Below the pieces are notes generated by a model. That model was not told the DNA's origin, made no database searches, and was given only the letters and a program-made list of their open reading frames with translations. A stretch of 64,000 nt of DNA. Source: Acholeplasmataceae bacterium (GTDB taxonomy: Bacteria; Bacillota_I; Bacilli_A; Acholeplasmatales; Acholeplasmataceae). Numbering within the stretch: position 1 is the first letter of the stretch; each line of letters starts with the position of its first letter. Positions 10,496 through 25,997 of the stretch are shown in pieces. The position numbers and the translations under genes are program-made. The stretch spans positions 1,056,001 to 1,120,000 of the forward strand of contig OY775910.1 in NCBI GenBank assembly GCA_963675245.1. The letters run 5' to 3'.

Positions 10496-11628
10496 AAAAT
10501 ATCTACTTATTAGGAGCAACAGGCTCAATTGGAAAACAGACCATAGATGTCATTAAGGCGCATGATAAGCAATATAAATTAATTGGTGTATCTTTAGGTA
10601 GAAATGATAAAGATAATGATCAAATATTAAGTGACTTTCCGATCGAAATTGCATGCCTAAGATCAGATGAAAAATTAAAGCTATATCAAACAAAATATCC
10701 TAAAGTGACATTTGTTGTTGGTGCCGAAGGATTAATCAAAGTCGCTAAATATCCTAAACCTGGATTGGTCGTGAACGCATTATCGGGTTCTGCGGGTTTA
10801 AAACCGACGGTAACTGCTATTAAACAAAAAAAGAGTATCGCATTAGCGAATAAAGAAACACTTGTGATGGCTGGCGATTTAATTAAACGTTACATAAAAG
10901 ATTATGAGGTTGAATTATATCCTATTGATAGTGAACATAGTGCTATATGGCAAACATTGGCACATGAACGTCCATCTGATATTGAGAAAATCGTTATCAC
11001 AGCTAGTGGTGGAGCTTTTAGAGATTTAACAAGAGATGAATTAAATGACGTGACTGTAGAAGATGCCTTGAAGCATCCAAATTGGTCAATGGGACCTAAG
11101 GTGACCATTGATTCTGCAACCATGATGAATAAAGGGTTAGAAATCATTGAAGCACACCATTTATTTGATTTACCTTACGATAAGATTGAAACAGTATTGC
11201 ATGCTGAATCTGTCGTACACGGGTTAACTTATTTTAGAGATGGTAATATCAAAGCGAGCCTTGGTGTTTCAGATATGAGAATTCCTATTGCATATGCGCT
11301 TTCTTATCCAAAAAGATTCGCATATCATCAATCTTTAGAACTGACAAATCTCAGTTTTAAACCAATGGATTTTGAACGCTTTCCACTATTGGAATTAGCC
11401 TATCAAGTTGGAAAGATAGGTGGGCTATTGCCGACGGTGTTGAATGCGGCAAATGAAGCAGCAGTAAAACTCTTCTTGGAAGAAAAGATTACGTTTCTTG
11501 GCATAGAAGAAATTGTGTTCCGTACCGTTAGAAAATTTAAGAACAAACTAAATCCGACCCTTGAAGATATATTGGAAACGGATCAGAGCACACAACAAGC
11601 AATTATTGATTACTATGAGAAGAGGTAG
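10492..11628 (+). CDS. dxr: 1-deoxy-D-xylulose 5-phosphate reductoisomerase
   Basis: LGATGSIG, LANKETLV, PIDSEH, HPNWSMG, NKGLE, NAANE. Confidence 0.97.
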   Translation: MKNIYLLGATGSIGKQTIDVIKAHDKQYKLIGVSLGRNDKDNDQILSDFPIEIACLRSDEKLKLYQTKYPKVTFVVGAEGLIKVAKYPKPGLVVNALSGSAGLKPTVTAIKQKKSIALANKETLVMAGDLIKRYIKDYEVELYPIDSEHSAIWQTLAHERPSDIEKIVITASGGAFRDLTRDELNDVTVEDALKHPNWSMGPKVTIDSATMMNKGLEIIEAHHLFDLPYDKIETVLHAESVVHGLTYFRDGNIKASLGVSDMRIPIAYALSYPKRFAYHQSLELTNLSFKPMDFERFPLLELAYQVGKIGGLLPTVLNAANEAAVKLFLEEKITFLGIEEIVFRTVRKFKNKLNPTLEDILETDQSTQQAIIDYYEKR

Positions 11629-11631
11629 AGC

Positions 11632-13215
11632 ATGGTTATATTAAATATATTATTATTCTTATTTGTACTAGGTATTATTATTTTAGTACATGAAGCAGGA
11701 CATTTCTTTTTCGCGAAAAGAGCAGGCATTTTATGCCACGAATTCGCAATTGGTATGGGACCTGTTGTTTATCAAAAAAGAAAAGGCGAAACGGTTTATT
11801 CAATAAGAGGTATTCCTATTGGTGGATTTGTCTCAATGGCAGGAGAAGCTGTAAGCGACGCATTAATTAATAAAGAACAAGTGATTGGTTTGAGGATTAA
11901 TGAACAAGGTAATGTTTATGAAATTATCTTAACTGATAAACTTGAAGCAGATGTGATTGGTAAAGTCGTTGATTATGACTTATATGGCAAAGATTTTAAT
12001 GAACTCTATATAGATATAGAAAGGGAAGGTGTGGTGACACACTATCCTGTCGTTAGAGATGCTGTTTATCAATTAGGTAAAAATCGCACGATGTGGATTA
12101 CACCAGAAGAGAAGAGTTTTGAATCCAAAACGTTATGGCAAAGATTCTTGGTCGTTTTTGGTGGACCAATGATGAATTTCATCTTAGCTTTCTTGATATA
12201 TTTAATTATTGGATGGTTTGTTCTAGTTCCAACTGTTGAATCAAATGAGATTGCAGATGTGGCTGAAGGTTATTCAGCTGATATGGCTGGCATAGAAGCT
12301 GGTGATCAAATCACATCAATATCAGTTGATGGTACAGCTTATGCGATTAATAGTTGGAGTGATCTCTCGCTTGTGATGGATCAACTAGCCACGACTCAGA
12401 TTGATGTCACGGTTCTTCGTGATGACAATGAAATAACGTATAGCGATTTAAATCTATCTGTTTATATTCAATCAGCGGGACTTGCTAATTTAACTACTGA
12501 CGGTGAAATTCTTAATAACGGACCAGCTGTTTTAGGTCAAGCATATGGACGTGCTAGTTCAAATGGAAGGTTAGAAGCTGGTGATGTAATCAATAGTATT
12601 GTTGCTGGTGGCGTCACTTATGATATCACTAGTTGGGATGATATTATCGCGACATTTAAAGTGGTAACATCTGGTGATATTGTCATCAATTACACAAGAG
12701 ATGGTATCAATGATATAGCATCATATTCACTATTAAGTCAAAACGCACTAGAACAGTTAGGGCACGAAGCAATCGTCTTCCAATTAGGGGTTACAGCAAT
12801 GAGTCATTTTGATTTTAGCTATTCCTTATTATATGCGCCACGCGCGTTATGGAGTAATGTTCGTGAAGTGTTTGTTACATTAGGATTATTATTCAGCCCT
12901 GCAGAGAATTTGGGTATTGGAGATTTATCTGGTCCAGTTGGCATTTTCTCACTTGTTAGTTCAACTGCTAGTCAAGGTTTCTTATCAGTCTTAGCGTTAA
13001 TGGCATTCTTATCTGTTAACATTGGTTTATTAAACTTACTACCGATTCCTGCATTAGATGGAGGCAGACTTGTCTTCTTAGGTTATGAAGCAGTAACAAG
13101 AAGACCAATTAACAGAAAAGTTGAAAATTGGGTCAACACAGTGATGTTCTTTGCATTGATGACATTATTTGTATTTGTTACTTATAATGACATTGTTAGA
13201 CTCATATTTGGTTAA
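11632..13215 (+). CDS. rseP: RIP metalloprotease RseP (site-2 protease, PDZ domains)
   Basis: HEAGH, GGPMMN, NLLPIPALDGG. Confidence 0.95.
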   Translation: MVILNILLFLFVLGIIILVHEAGHFFFAKRAGILCHEFAIGMGPVVYQKRKGETVYSIRGIPIGGFVSMAGEAVSDALINKEQVIGLRINEQGNVYEIILTDKLEADVIGKVVDYDLYGKDFNELYIDIEREGVVTHYPVVRDAVYQLGKNRTMWITPEEKSFESKTLWQRFLVVFGGPMMNFILAFLIYLIIGWFVLVPTVESNEIADVAEGYSADMAGIEAGDQITSISVDGTAYAINSWSDLSLVMDQLATTQIDVTVLRDDNEITYSDLNLSVYIQSAGLANLTTDGEILNNGPAVLGQAYGRASSNGRLEAGDVINSIVAGGVTYDITSWDDIIATFKVVTSGDIVINYTRDGINDIASYSLLSQNALEQLGHEAIVFQLGVTAMSHFDFSYSLLYAPRALWSNVREVFVTLGLLFSPAENLGIGDLSGPVGIFSLVSSTASQGFLSVLALMAFLSVNIGLLNLLPIPALDGGRLVFLGYEAVTRRPINRKVENWVNTVMFFALMTLFVFVTYNDIVRLIFG

Positions 13216-13293
13216 TAATTAAGCATAAATCGACCACATTGTAGCGTTTATTCAAAACGTTTAAAAAATGTGGTTTTTTTATGCCTAAATCTG

Positions 13294-13322
13294 TTGACTT
13301 ATCGGCTTAAATGTAATATCAT
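13294..13322 (+). promoter_or_regulatory. rrn promoter P1
   Basis: TTGACT-17 bp-TATCAT. Confidence 0.65.
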
Positions 13323-13398
13323 AGATAAGGTCGCCCAAGTGGCGAGGTACCGATTCAGTAGGTCAAAAATTAAAGCGGAAAAAAGTATGCTTTATCTG

Positions 13399-13427
13399 TT
13401 GACAAATATCTGATGTAATGGTATTAT
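13399..13427 (+). promoter_or_regulatory. rrn promoter P2
   Basis: TTGACA-17 bp-TATTAT with TG extension; boxA-like TCTTTGAAAACT at about 13463. Confidence 0.7.
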
Positions 13428-13575
13428 TATAAAGCGCGCGAAAAGTCGTGTGCAAACGTAGGTCTTTGAAAACTGAATGATGATGAGCGTAATAGTCGCT
13501 TTATGGAGATAAAGCGACAGAGTTAAAAAGAAACTCAAAAAACAATAAAGAGCTATTAACAAACAAACTATAAAT

Positions 13576-15093
<1,518 letters not shown>

Positions 15094-15289
15094 TAAGGAG
15101 AAAGGCGAGTCGTAACAGACTCATTACAATTCTCACTTATGGGTATTCGCAAGAAGACCTGTAAACATTACACTCATCATATTCAGTTTCCAAAGACTTA
15201 CAAAAGTCTTTGAACAAGGAATTTAAAAATTCCTGATCAAAAAGATTTGATCTTTGAAAAGTAGATAAAAGCTGTCATAAAAAAGAAAA

Positions 15290-15395
15290 GTTGTTTTTTA
15301 AGGCAAAACAACGTGTTGATTAATCTAAAGATTAACAACTGGTTGATTATTTCTAGTGAAATAACAACTGGTTGATTATTCTAACGAATAACAAC
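15290..15395 (+). repeat. Four tandem GTTG...CAAC hairpins in the 16S-23S spacer
   Basis: Units at 15290-15312, 15315-15339, 15342-15368 and 15371-15395. Confidence 0.8.
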
Positions 15396-15397
15396 TA

Positions 15398-18240
<2,843 letters not shown>

Positions 18241-18387
18241 TAGTTAGTTTTGAAAAAACGAATAGCACGAGGGTTTTCCTAAGGAAAGCCAGTGCACAAG
18301 TTAACAATGAAAGCCTTATAGACAACAAACTCTTGATTTTCCTAGTGAAAAACAAGTATGACAGCATTTATCTAGTTTTGAAGGATT

Positions 18388-18497
18388 GTCTGGTGGCGAT
18401 GGCGAAGTGGACACACCTGTTCCCATCCCGAACACAGCAGTTAAGCACTTCTGCGCCGACGATAGCACTAAGGTGCGAAAATAGGACGCTGCCAGGC
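18388..18497 (+). rRNA. rrf: 5S rRNA
   Basis: GTCTGGTGGCGAT...CCCATCCCGAACAC...GCTGCCAGGC. Confidence 0.97.
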
Positions 18498-18609
18498 AAC
18501 TTTCAAATCTTTTTTTTAAAAAAATATCGAAAAATTTTGTTGATTATGTTATCATAATATCGACAAATAAAATGTTCACTTAAAAATTTAGTGACGCCTA
18601 CAATAAACT

Positions 18610-18686
18610 GCCTACATAGCTCAGTTGGTTAGAGCACCTGACTGTTAATCAGGGGGTCCTAGGTTCGAGTCCTAGTGTGGGCGCCA
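18610..18686 (+). tRNA. tRNA-Asn(GTT)
   Basis: Cloverleaf, anticodon loop CTGTTAA, GGTTCGAGTCC, encoded CCA. Confidence 0.96.
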
Positions 18687-18771
18687 TTACGATAATTAAA
18701 GTACTGATAAATCAGTGCTTTTTCTTTTTAATATAACATGTTATATTAGCAGTATATCGAGGTGCGATGCT

Positions 18772-19641
18772 ATGTCTATAAAAAGTATATTGGTTAATTA
18801 TGGTTTTAAAAAAAGTGATGATCGCCGTGATAAAGGGTTAACGACGCCTGATGATATTAAAAGAGTTGATCATCTATATTATGGTCAAAATAAGAAGTGG
18901 CAAGTCTTGGATGTCTATTATCCGAAAGATACGAATCAACCATTACCAGTCATTATTAACATCCATGGTGGTGGATGGGTTTATGGAACAAAAGAAACAT
19001 ATCAATTCTACTGTATGAGTTTAGCACAAAGACATTTTGTTGTTGTCAATATGTCGTATCGTTTAGCGCCAAAACATAAATTTCCAAAACAACTAGAGGA
19101 TATTAATTTGGTCATAGGTTGGATCCATCAACATGATAATGAATATCATATGGATTTAAATCATGTTTATTTAATCGGTGATTCAGCAGGTGCACATCTC
19201 GCAACATTATACACATCATTTTGTGTCAATAAAGCATATCAAACACAATTTAGTTTTAAACCGATTTCATCGTTTAAACCTAACGCGATCGTTTTAAATT
19301 GTGGCATTTATGATATTTATGATATAAATACAAGATTAAAAACATTATTAAAAGATTTATTGGGAAGAAAAGGATATAAAAATCATCTCAAGTTAGTACA
19401 ACCCATCGATCATATAACACATGATTTTCCACCTGTTTATGTGATGACTTCAAATGAAGATTTTTTAAGAGAGCAAGCCCCTATTTTAGTGAGTCAATTG
19501 AAAGAAAAAAAGATTGATTTTCAGTATAAAATTTATGGCGAAAAAGATAATAAGTTATCCCATGTTTTTCACTGTGATATTAGGAAACCAGAAGCGAAGA
19601 TTTGTAATGATGATGAGTGTAGATTTTTAAGAAAATATTAA
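18772..19641 (+). CDS. Alpha/beta hydrolase (HSL-family esterase)
   Basis: HGGGW oxyanion motif, GDSAG nucleophile, C-terminal His; ATG at 18772 after GAGGTG. Confidence 0.9.
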   Translation: MSIKSILVNYGFKKSDDRRDKGLTTPDDIKRVDHLYYGQNKKWQVLDVYYPKDTNQPLPVIINIHGGGWVYGTKETYQFYCMSLAQRHFVVVNMSYRLAPKHKFPKQLEDINLVIGWIHQHDNEYHMDLNHVYLIGDSAGAHLATLYTSFCVNKAYQTQFSFKPISSFKPNAIVLNCGIYDIYDINTRLKTLLKDLLGRKGYKNHLKLVQPIDHITHDFPPVYVMTSNEDFLREQAPILVSQLKEKKIDFQYKIYGEKDNKLSHVFHCDIRKPEAKICNDDECRFLRKY

Positions 19642-19943
19642 CTTAGTTTAATTATTAAATTAAATTTTAGACACATGTTTACTATTCATGGTAAATGTGT
19701 GTTTTTTTATATGTCGAAAGATTTTATAAGTATTTAATATAAATAAATATGTCTGTTTTAAAAAATGACAAAACTTTTACGATTTTGAGAAAAAAATTCA
19801 GTGAAAACATTTTCATAGTTGCATTTTAAGTAAAATTCATGTAAATGATTGACATTCTTTTCGAATAGTTTCATAATAAACGTTATATTATAAAAATTGA
19901 GGAATAAAGAGATCCTTTATTTTTATAAAATAATACTCAAAGG

Positions 19944-20882
19944 ATGATGACTAAATTGGATAGTAAATTGATGGTTTATATTTCTAAACGATTATTGCTT
20001 ACAATCGTTACAATTTTCATAATCATTACTGTTACCTTTTTTGTCATGCATGCCATTCCTGGTGGCCCGTTTCTAAGTGAAAAAGCAGTGACGCCAGAAG
20101 TTGAAGCAGCTTTAAACGAAAAATACGGATTAGACGTTCCTGTTGGAGAGCAATTTGTTAATTATTTGAATGGTATTATTCATTTTGATTTTGGACCATC
20201 TATTAAGAGTCGTGGACGTACAGTGACCGATATTATTTTGACAGGATTTGCAACATCTGCGAAGTTAGGTGCTTTAGCGGCATCAATAGCCATTTTATTT
20301 GGTGTTTCATTTGGGTCTCTTGCTGCAATTAAAAGAAATAAAGCTTCCGATCGAGTCATTATGGTATCAACGACAGCTTTCGTTGCTATGCCATCGTTTG
20401 TTTTAGGGTCTTTTTTCTTAATTTTATTTTGTGTGATTTGGCCTATTTTTCCAGTGAATGGTGCATTACCAGGAGGAATGGTTCTGCCTACAATCACTTT
20501 GGCATTATACCCTACTGCTTATATTACACGATTAACACGTTCTAGTATGCTGGATGTTTTGCAACAAGATTACATTAGAACAGCAGAAGCTAAAGGTGTA
20601 TCTAGAGTATTAATTATTTACAAACATGCATTAAAAAATGCGTTAATCCCTGTCATCACATATGTTGGTCCAATGATTGCATATATTTTAACAGGTAGCT
20701 TAGTTGTAGAGAGAATTTTCTCAGTACCCGGTTTAGGTAGACAGTTTATCAATAGTATTACAAATAGAGATTATCCAGTAATTATGGGAACAACTATCTT
20801 TTTAGCAACACTAGTTGTCCTCATGAATTTGGTATCTGATATCATGTATAAAGCAGTTGATCCAAGGATTGACTTTAGTTAA
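19944..20882 (+). CDS. oppB: Oligopeptide ABC permease
   Basis: PGGPF, DYIRTAEAKG EAA loop, RDYPVIMG. Confidence 0.93.
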   Translation: MMTKLDSKLMVYISKRLLLTIVTIFIIITVTFFVMHAIPGGPFLSEKAVTPEVEAALNEKYGLDVPVGEQFVNYLNGIIHFDFGPSIKSRGRTVTDIILTGFATSAKLGALAASIAILFGVSFGSLAAIKRNKASDRVIMVSTTAFVAMPSFVLGSFFLILFCVIWPIFPVNGALPGGMVLPTITLALYPTAYITRLTRSSMLDVLQQDYIRTAEAKGVSRVLIIYKHALKNALIPVITYVGPMIAYILTGSLVVERIFSVPGLGRQFINSITNRDYPVIMGTTIFLATLVVLMNLVSDIMYKAVDPRIDFS

Positions 20883-20891
20883 GGATAAGAG

Positions 20892-21983
20892 ATGAAAGTA
20901 AACAAATTGAGTAAAAAAACACAATTGTATACGAAACCATTTTCTTTTCATGCCAATATTGAAAGTTTTATTCCTGCTACTGAAGAGGAAAAAGGACAGC
21001 AAATATTATTTCGAGAAAGTTCAACTTTCTGGAAAGACGGACTAAAAAGACTATGGAAAAACAAAGTTGCAATGACTTGTATTTTCATCATGGCAATTAT
21101 TATCCTTGCCGTTATATTTGTACCGATGTTCTGGCCTTATAGTTATGAACAACAACTAGGTATCATAGCTGGACAACCTGTTGATGGTTCATTTGGTAAT
21201 TTAAGACCATTTGAATATGGTGAATCGGAATTATTAAGAATTGAAAACGGTGAGTTTGTATTTCCACATTTGTTTGGTACAGATTCAGCAGGTAGAGATT
21301 ACTTTATTCGTGTGATTTACGGTGCAAGGGTATCTCTTGCAGTAGGTTTGTTTGCGAGTATTATCGTTTTAATCATTGGTACATTATATGGCTCAATCGC
21401 TGGTTATATTGGTGGCAGAGTTGATTTATTTATGATGAGAATCGTTGATATCATATATTCATTACCAGAAATGTTGATTATTATTTTATTATCAGTGGTA
21501 TTGAATCAGATATTTAAAACTGTATTGACCGGTGGTGTCATCGCAGCCTTAGGGCCTAATATGATTAGTATTTTCTTAGTATTTGGGCTGTTATATTGGG
21601 TTGGCATGGCGCGCTTAATTCGTGGTCAAATATTATCATTAAAAGAACAAGATTACGTATTAGCGGCCAAATCGATTGGTGCATCACATAGTAGAATTAT
21701 TAGAAAGCATTTATTGCCAAATTCAATTAGTGTTATTATCATTTCTACAGCATTACAAATTCCAAGTGCTATTTTTACAGAAAGTTTTTTGAGTTTCTTA
21801 GGTTTAGGTGTTTCTGCACCAATGCCTTCACTTGGATCGTTAGCTAGCAATGCTTTAAGTGGTGTTTTTAGTTATACGTATAGATTAATCATTCCAGCTG
21901 TATTTATATTCCTAATTGTTTTATCACTTAATTTATTGGGTGATGGGTTAAGAGATGCTTTTGATCCGAAGTTGAAAGGATGA
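20892..21983 (+). CDS. oppC: Oligopeptide ABC permease
   Basis: FGTDSAGRD, YVLAAKSIGA, LGDGLRDAFDP. Confidence 0.93.
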   Translation: MKVNKLSKKTQLYTKPFSFHANIESFIPATEEEKGQQILFRESSTFWKDGLKRLWKNKVAMTCIFIMAIIILAVIFVPMFWPYSYEQQLGIIAGQPVDGSFGNLRPFEYGESELLRIENGEFVFPHLFGTDSAGRDYFIRVIYGARVSLAVGLFASIIVLIIGTLYGSIAGYIGGRVDLFMMRIVDIIYSLPEMLIIILLSVVLNQIFKTVLTGGVIAALGPNMISIFLVFGLLYWVGMARLIRGQILSLKEQDYVLAAKSIGASHSRIIRKHLLPNSISVIIISTALQIPSAIFTESFLSFLGLGVSAPMPSLGSLASNALSGVFSYTYRLIIPAVFIFLIVLSLNLLGDGLRDAFDPKLKG

Positions 21984-21986
21984 TGA

Positions 21987-23018
21987 ATGATGAGTTTATT
22001 AGAAGTTCGTAACCTGCAAACATCATTTTTCACAGATGCTGGCGAAGTTAAAGCAGTCAATGGTGTTTCATTTAAAGTTGAAAAAGGAAAAGTTTTAGGT
22101 ATTGTTGGTGAATCCGGTAGTGGAAAAAGTGTCACCGCCTATTCTATTATGCAAATACTTGCAGATTCAGGACAGATTGTTGGCGGTAGTATAAAATATA
22201 AAGATACAGAGTTAGTAGGTGCCGATAGACAAACGTTGAAGGATGTTAGAGGAAATAAAATAAGCATCATTTTCCAAGACCCTATGACTAGTTTAAATCC
22301 AGTATTTACGATTGGAAATCAATTGATTGAAGCTATTTTACTTCATACCAATCGCAATAAAAAAGAAGCGATTGATCGCGCACTACAAATGATTGAGCTC
22401 GTAGGTATTAATGATCCTAAGAAACGGCTAAAACAATATCCACATGAATTATCAGGTGGTATGAGACAAAGAATTATGATTGCCATGGCGTTAGCTTGTG
22501 AACCTGATATTTTGATAGCAGATGAACCGACAACAGCCCTTGATGTGACCATACAAGCACAAATTCTTGAACTTATGATTAAGTTAAAAGAAGAACTTGG
22601 TATGGCGATTATTATGGTGACACATGATTTAGGTGTTATCGTACAAATGTGCGATGAAGTCATCGTCATGTATGCAGGAAAAGTATGTGAAAGAGGTACA
22701 GTTGATCAAATTTTTTACAATCCTAAACATGAATATACAAAGGGATTGTTGAAATCAATTCCATATGGATCTAAAGCACAAGGACAACTTATTCCAATTA
22801 CAGGATCACCTGTGGATGTGATGAATTTACCAAAAGGGTGCGCATTCTCGCCAAGGTGTTCAAAAGCGATGAAAATTTGTTTATCTGAACAATGTGGTGA
22901 AGTACCAATTGAAGGGTCTCATACTGCTGCTTGCTGGTTGAACATAAAAGAAGCAATAGAAAATGACTTACTAGTAGCAGAAAGTAATGATGCATCTCAA
23001 GAAGTTGGTGATGTTTGA
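21987..23018 (+). CDS. oppD: Oligopeptide ABC ATPase
   Basis: [25 protein letters not shown]-terminal Cys cluster. Confidence 0.94.
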   Translation: MMSLLEVRNLQTSFFTDAGEVKAVNGVSFKVEKGKVLGIVGESGSGKSVTAYSIMQILADSGQIVGGSIKYKDTELVGADRQTLKDVRGNKISIIFQDPMTSLNPVFTIGNQLIEAILLHTNRNKKEAIDRALQMIELVGINDPKKRLKQYPHELSGGMRQRIMIAMALACEPDILIADEPTTALDVTIQAQILELMIKLKEELGMAIIMVTHDLGVIVQMCDEVIVMYAGKVCERGTVDQIFYNPKHEYTKGLLKSIPYGSKAQGQLIPITGSPVDVMNLPKGCAFSPRCSKAMKICLSEQCGEVPIEGSHTAACWLNIKEAIENDLLVAESNDASQEVGDV

Positions 23019-23998
23019 TGGCTGAAAAATCTGATAAAAAAGTATTGGTTGAAATCAAAGACTTAAAACAATATTTCGATATACCGACTGGATTTTTTAA
23101 ATCCAAGCAATTAAAAGCAGTTGATGGTATTTCATTTAAAATAAATGAAGGTGAAACCCTAGGTTTGGTAGGTGAATCTGGTTGTGGTAAAACAACAGCT
23201 GGCAGAACCATATTAAATTTATATAAACCAACTGATGGTGAGATTTATTTCGAAGGCAAAAAGATTGAGACAAAAGAAGATCTACAGTTTTTTAGAATGA
23301 ATGCTGCAATGGTGTTCCAAGATCCTTATGCGTCTTTAAATCCGAGAATGACCGTTGGCGATATTATTGGTGAACCCTTAGATGTTCATCACTTGTATCA
23401 CACAAAAGAAGAACGGGCAAAAAGAATTGAAGAATTAATGGAATTAGTTGGTTTATCTCATGAACATGCCACCCGTTATGCCCATGAATTCTCTGGTGGT
23501 CAAAGACAAAGAGTAGGTATCGCTAGGTCACTTGCAGTTAATCCAAAGTTTATTGTTTGTGATGAACCTGTATCAGCATTAGATGTATCTATTCAGGCAC
23601 AAGTCATCAACATGTTTGAAGATTTACAAAAGAGACTAAACCTGACATATTTGTTTATTGCACACGACTTATTAATTGTAAGACATATTAGTGATCGTAT
23701 CGCTGTGATGTATTTAGGAAAAATTGTAGAAATAGCAGACACAGAAGAATTATTCAAAAATCCCTTACATCCATATACTGAATCATTAATGTCTGCAGTA
23801 CCATCACCTGACCCTAAAACGGCACGGAAGGCTAAACGAATTGTCCTAACAGGTGATGTACCTAGTCCACTTGATATTCCGAGTGGATGTCCGTTTAGGA
23901 CGAGATGTCCAAAAGCATTTGGCCGTTGTAAAACTGAAGTGCCTACATTAAAGAAAAAACAAGATGGACATTTAGTCAGTTGTCATTTACATGATTGA
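23015..23998 (+). CDS. oppF: Oligopeptide ABC ATPase
   Basis: [24 protein letters not shown]. Confidence 0.94.
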   Translation: MMAEKSDKKVLVEIKDLKQYFDIPTGFFKSKQLKAVDGISFKINEGETLGLVGESGCGKTTAGRTILNLYKPTDGEIYFEGKKIETKEDLQFFRMNAAMVFQDPYASLNPRMTVGDIIGEPLDVHHLYHTKEERAKRIEELMELVGLSHEHATRYAHEFSGGQRQRVGIARSLAVNPKFIVCDEPVSALDVSIQAQVINMFEDLQKRLNLTYLFIAHDLLIVRHISDRIAVMYLGKIVEIADTEELFKNPLHPYTESLMSAVPSPDPKTARKAKRIVLTGDVPSPLDIPSGCPFRTRCPKAFGRCKTEVPTLKKKQDGHLVSCHLHD

Positions 23999-24055
23999 TT
24001 TTAATATATATTTTTATATATTGAAAATATTAAAAAAGAAAGAGAGAGAGAAAAA

Positions 24056-25828
24056 ATGAAGAAAATTAGTTTTATCGTTTTACTTTTAGTTTTTGCTGTT
24101 AGTCTCGCTGCATGTACTAGCGCAGAAGCTGTTAAGGACGTAGACTTCTCTGCCGTAGAAGCATATTCTATGGATTTATCTGGTATAGAAGGCTATGATG
24201 ATGTTGTTGAAAATGGTACTTGGGCAGAAACATATGACCAAATCATTGAATACGCAAGACTTGAAACAGATGAAGCCGTAAGAAATGAATTATATCATGC
24301 TGCTGAAGATCTATTAATGTCAACTGGTACAATTGTGCCACTTTACTATTATACTGACATTTTTATGGCTTCAACTGATATTACAGGTTTCTACTCTACA
24401 CCATCTGGTTCTAAGTATTTTAAGAATACAGCTGTTGATGGTGCGACTGATAACATTAATGTTTTATTAGCATCAGAACCTGCTACAATCGACCCAGCAT
24501 TAAACAGCTCAGTTGATGGTGCAACAATGATTCTACATGCATTTGCTGGACTAGTTCGTTATGACGATACTGGTGCAGCTTTAGAACCTGATTTAGCAGT
24601 TGCATTCCCAGAACCTGTTGAAAACAATGATGGTACAGTCACATATACATTTGAACTACGTTCTGGTCTAAAATGGTCAGATGGCTCAGCACTTACTGCT
24701 TCAGATTTCGTTTACTCATGGAATCGTGCCGTTGATCCTGAAACTGCTGCTGACTATGGTTACATGTTCTCAGTCATTGATGGATTTGCTGATAATGATT
24801 TAAACGTTGTAGCTGTTGATGATACACACCTAGCTGTTACGTTAACTGTTGACGTACCTTACTTCTTTGAATTATTAGCATTCCCAACTTATATGCCAGT
24901 TCAACAAGCTGCTGTTGAAGCTGACTCTGAAGCATGGGCTACAAGTCCTGCATCTTACGTTTCAAATGGTGCTTATGTACTAGATTCATGGGATCATGAT
25001 TCTAATTTAGTCTTTGTTAAGAATGATAATTATTGGGATGCTGCTAATGTTTCTATGGAACAAATCACATTCTATCTATCAGATGATGATACAGCAATCT
25101 TAGCAGGATTCGAATCTGGAGCGTATGACTTTATTGATTCAGTTCCAAATGATGAAATTGAACGCTTAAGTAGTACACCTGAATTCCATATTCAAGGTCA
25201 ATTAGGTACTTATTACATTATCTTTAATAACAACAAAGATTTCTTACCATCAAGCGTATCTAAAGATATGTCACCTGTTGAAGTATTAAGAGCTAATGAA
25301 GAAATTCGTAAAGCATTATCACTATTACTTGACAGAAACTACATTGTTGAGGAAATTGGACAAGCTGGTCAATTACCTGCATCATCATTCGTTTCTATGG
25401 GTATCCAAGATTCACAAGGTAACGAATTCTATCAAGCAGCTGGAAGTAGTTCATTATACGTTGGTTATTACAATACTGCAGCTAGTGCATACACAGCTAA
25501 TACAGAAGCTGCTGTTGAAACATTGAAACAGTATTTTGATTACAATGAAGGTCAAGAAAAATTCACAAACTTCCCATCATTCGAATATTTATATAACACA
25601 TCATCTGGTCACCAAGCAATCGGTGAATATATCCAATCAGCATTTGCTGCATTTGGAATTGATGTTACGTTAGCAAATCAAGAATGGGGCACATTCTTAG
25701 ACACAAGAAAGAATGGCGACTATGTACTTGCTCGTAATGGTTGGTTAGCAGACTTTAATGATCCAATCAACATGCTTGATATGTGGACAACTGATTCTGG
25801 TAATAACGACGCTCAATTAGGTAAATAA
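24056..25828 (+). CDS. oppA: Oligopeptide-binding lipoprotein (family 5 SBP), apparently circularly permuted
   Basis: Lipobox LAAC; YTFELRSGLKWSDGSALTASDF, SNGAY, GWLADFNDP; the usual C-terminal segment sits at the N-terminus. Confidence 0.9.
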   Translation: MKKISFIVLLLVFAVSLAACTSAEAVKDVDFSAVEAYSMDLSGIEGYDDVVENGTWAETYDQIIEYARLETDEAVRNELYHAAEDLLMSTGTIVPLYYYTDIFMASTDITGFYSTPSGSKYFKNTAVDGATDNINVLLASEPATIDPALNSSVDGATMILHAFAGLVRYDDTGAALEPDLAVAFPEPVENNDGTVTYTFELRSGLKWSDGSALTASDFVYSWNRAVDPETAADYGYMFSVIDGFADNDLNVVAVDDTHLAVTLTVDVPYFFELLAFPTYMPVQQAAVEADSEAWATSPASYVSNGAYVLDSWDHDSNLVFVKNDNYWDAANVSMEQITFYLSDDDTAILAGFESGAYDFIDSVPNDEIERLSSTPEFHIQGQLGTYYIIFNNNKDFLPSSVSKDMSPVEVLRANEEIRKALSLLLDRNYIVEEIGQAGQLPASSFVSMGIQDSQGNEFYQAAGSSSLYVGYYNTAASAYTANTEAAVETLKQYFDYNEGQEKFTNFPSFEYLYNTSSGHQAIGEYIQSAFAAFGIDVTLANQEWGTFLDTRKNGDYVLARNGWLADFNDPINMLDMWTTDSGNNDAQLGK

Positions 25829-25846
25829 ATTTATTTAAGCAATATG

Positions 25847-25878
25847 AAAAGAACTTACTTTGTGTAAGTTCTTTTTTT
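25847..25878 (+). terminator. Intrinsic terminator after oppA
   Basis: AAAAGAACTTAC-loop-GTAAGTTCTTTTTTT. Confidence 0.8.
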
Positions 25879-25997
25879 ATTAAGTCATTTAATCTTTCAA
25901 TTTCATAGGGCTATTTAATATATTAAACATAAAAAAAGATGTTAGTGGTTTTATAGCACTAACATCTTATCATGTCATATCAAGTTGCTTGTTATAT

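Noticed and set aside
15290..15395. CRISPR array
   Set aside because: Units are only 23-27 bp hairpins with no real spacers, lie inside the rRNA ITS, and no cas genes are present.
19802..19815. TGAAAACATTTTCA palindrome (cre/LacI-like) upstream of opp
   Set aside because: A single AT-rich palindrome lacking the central CG; could be chance.
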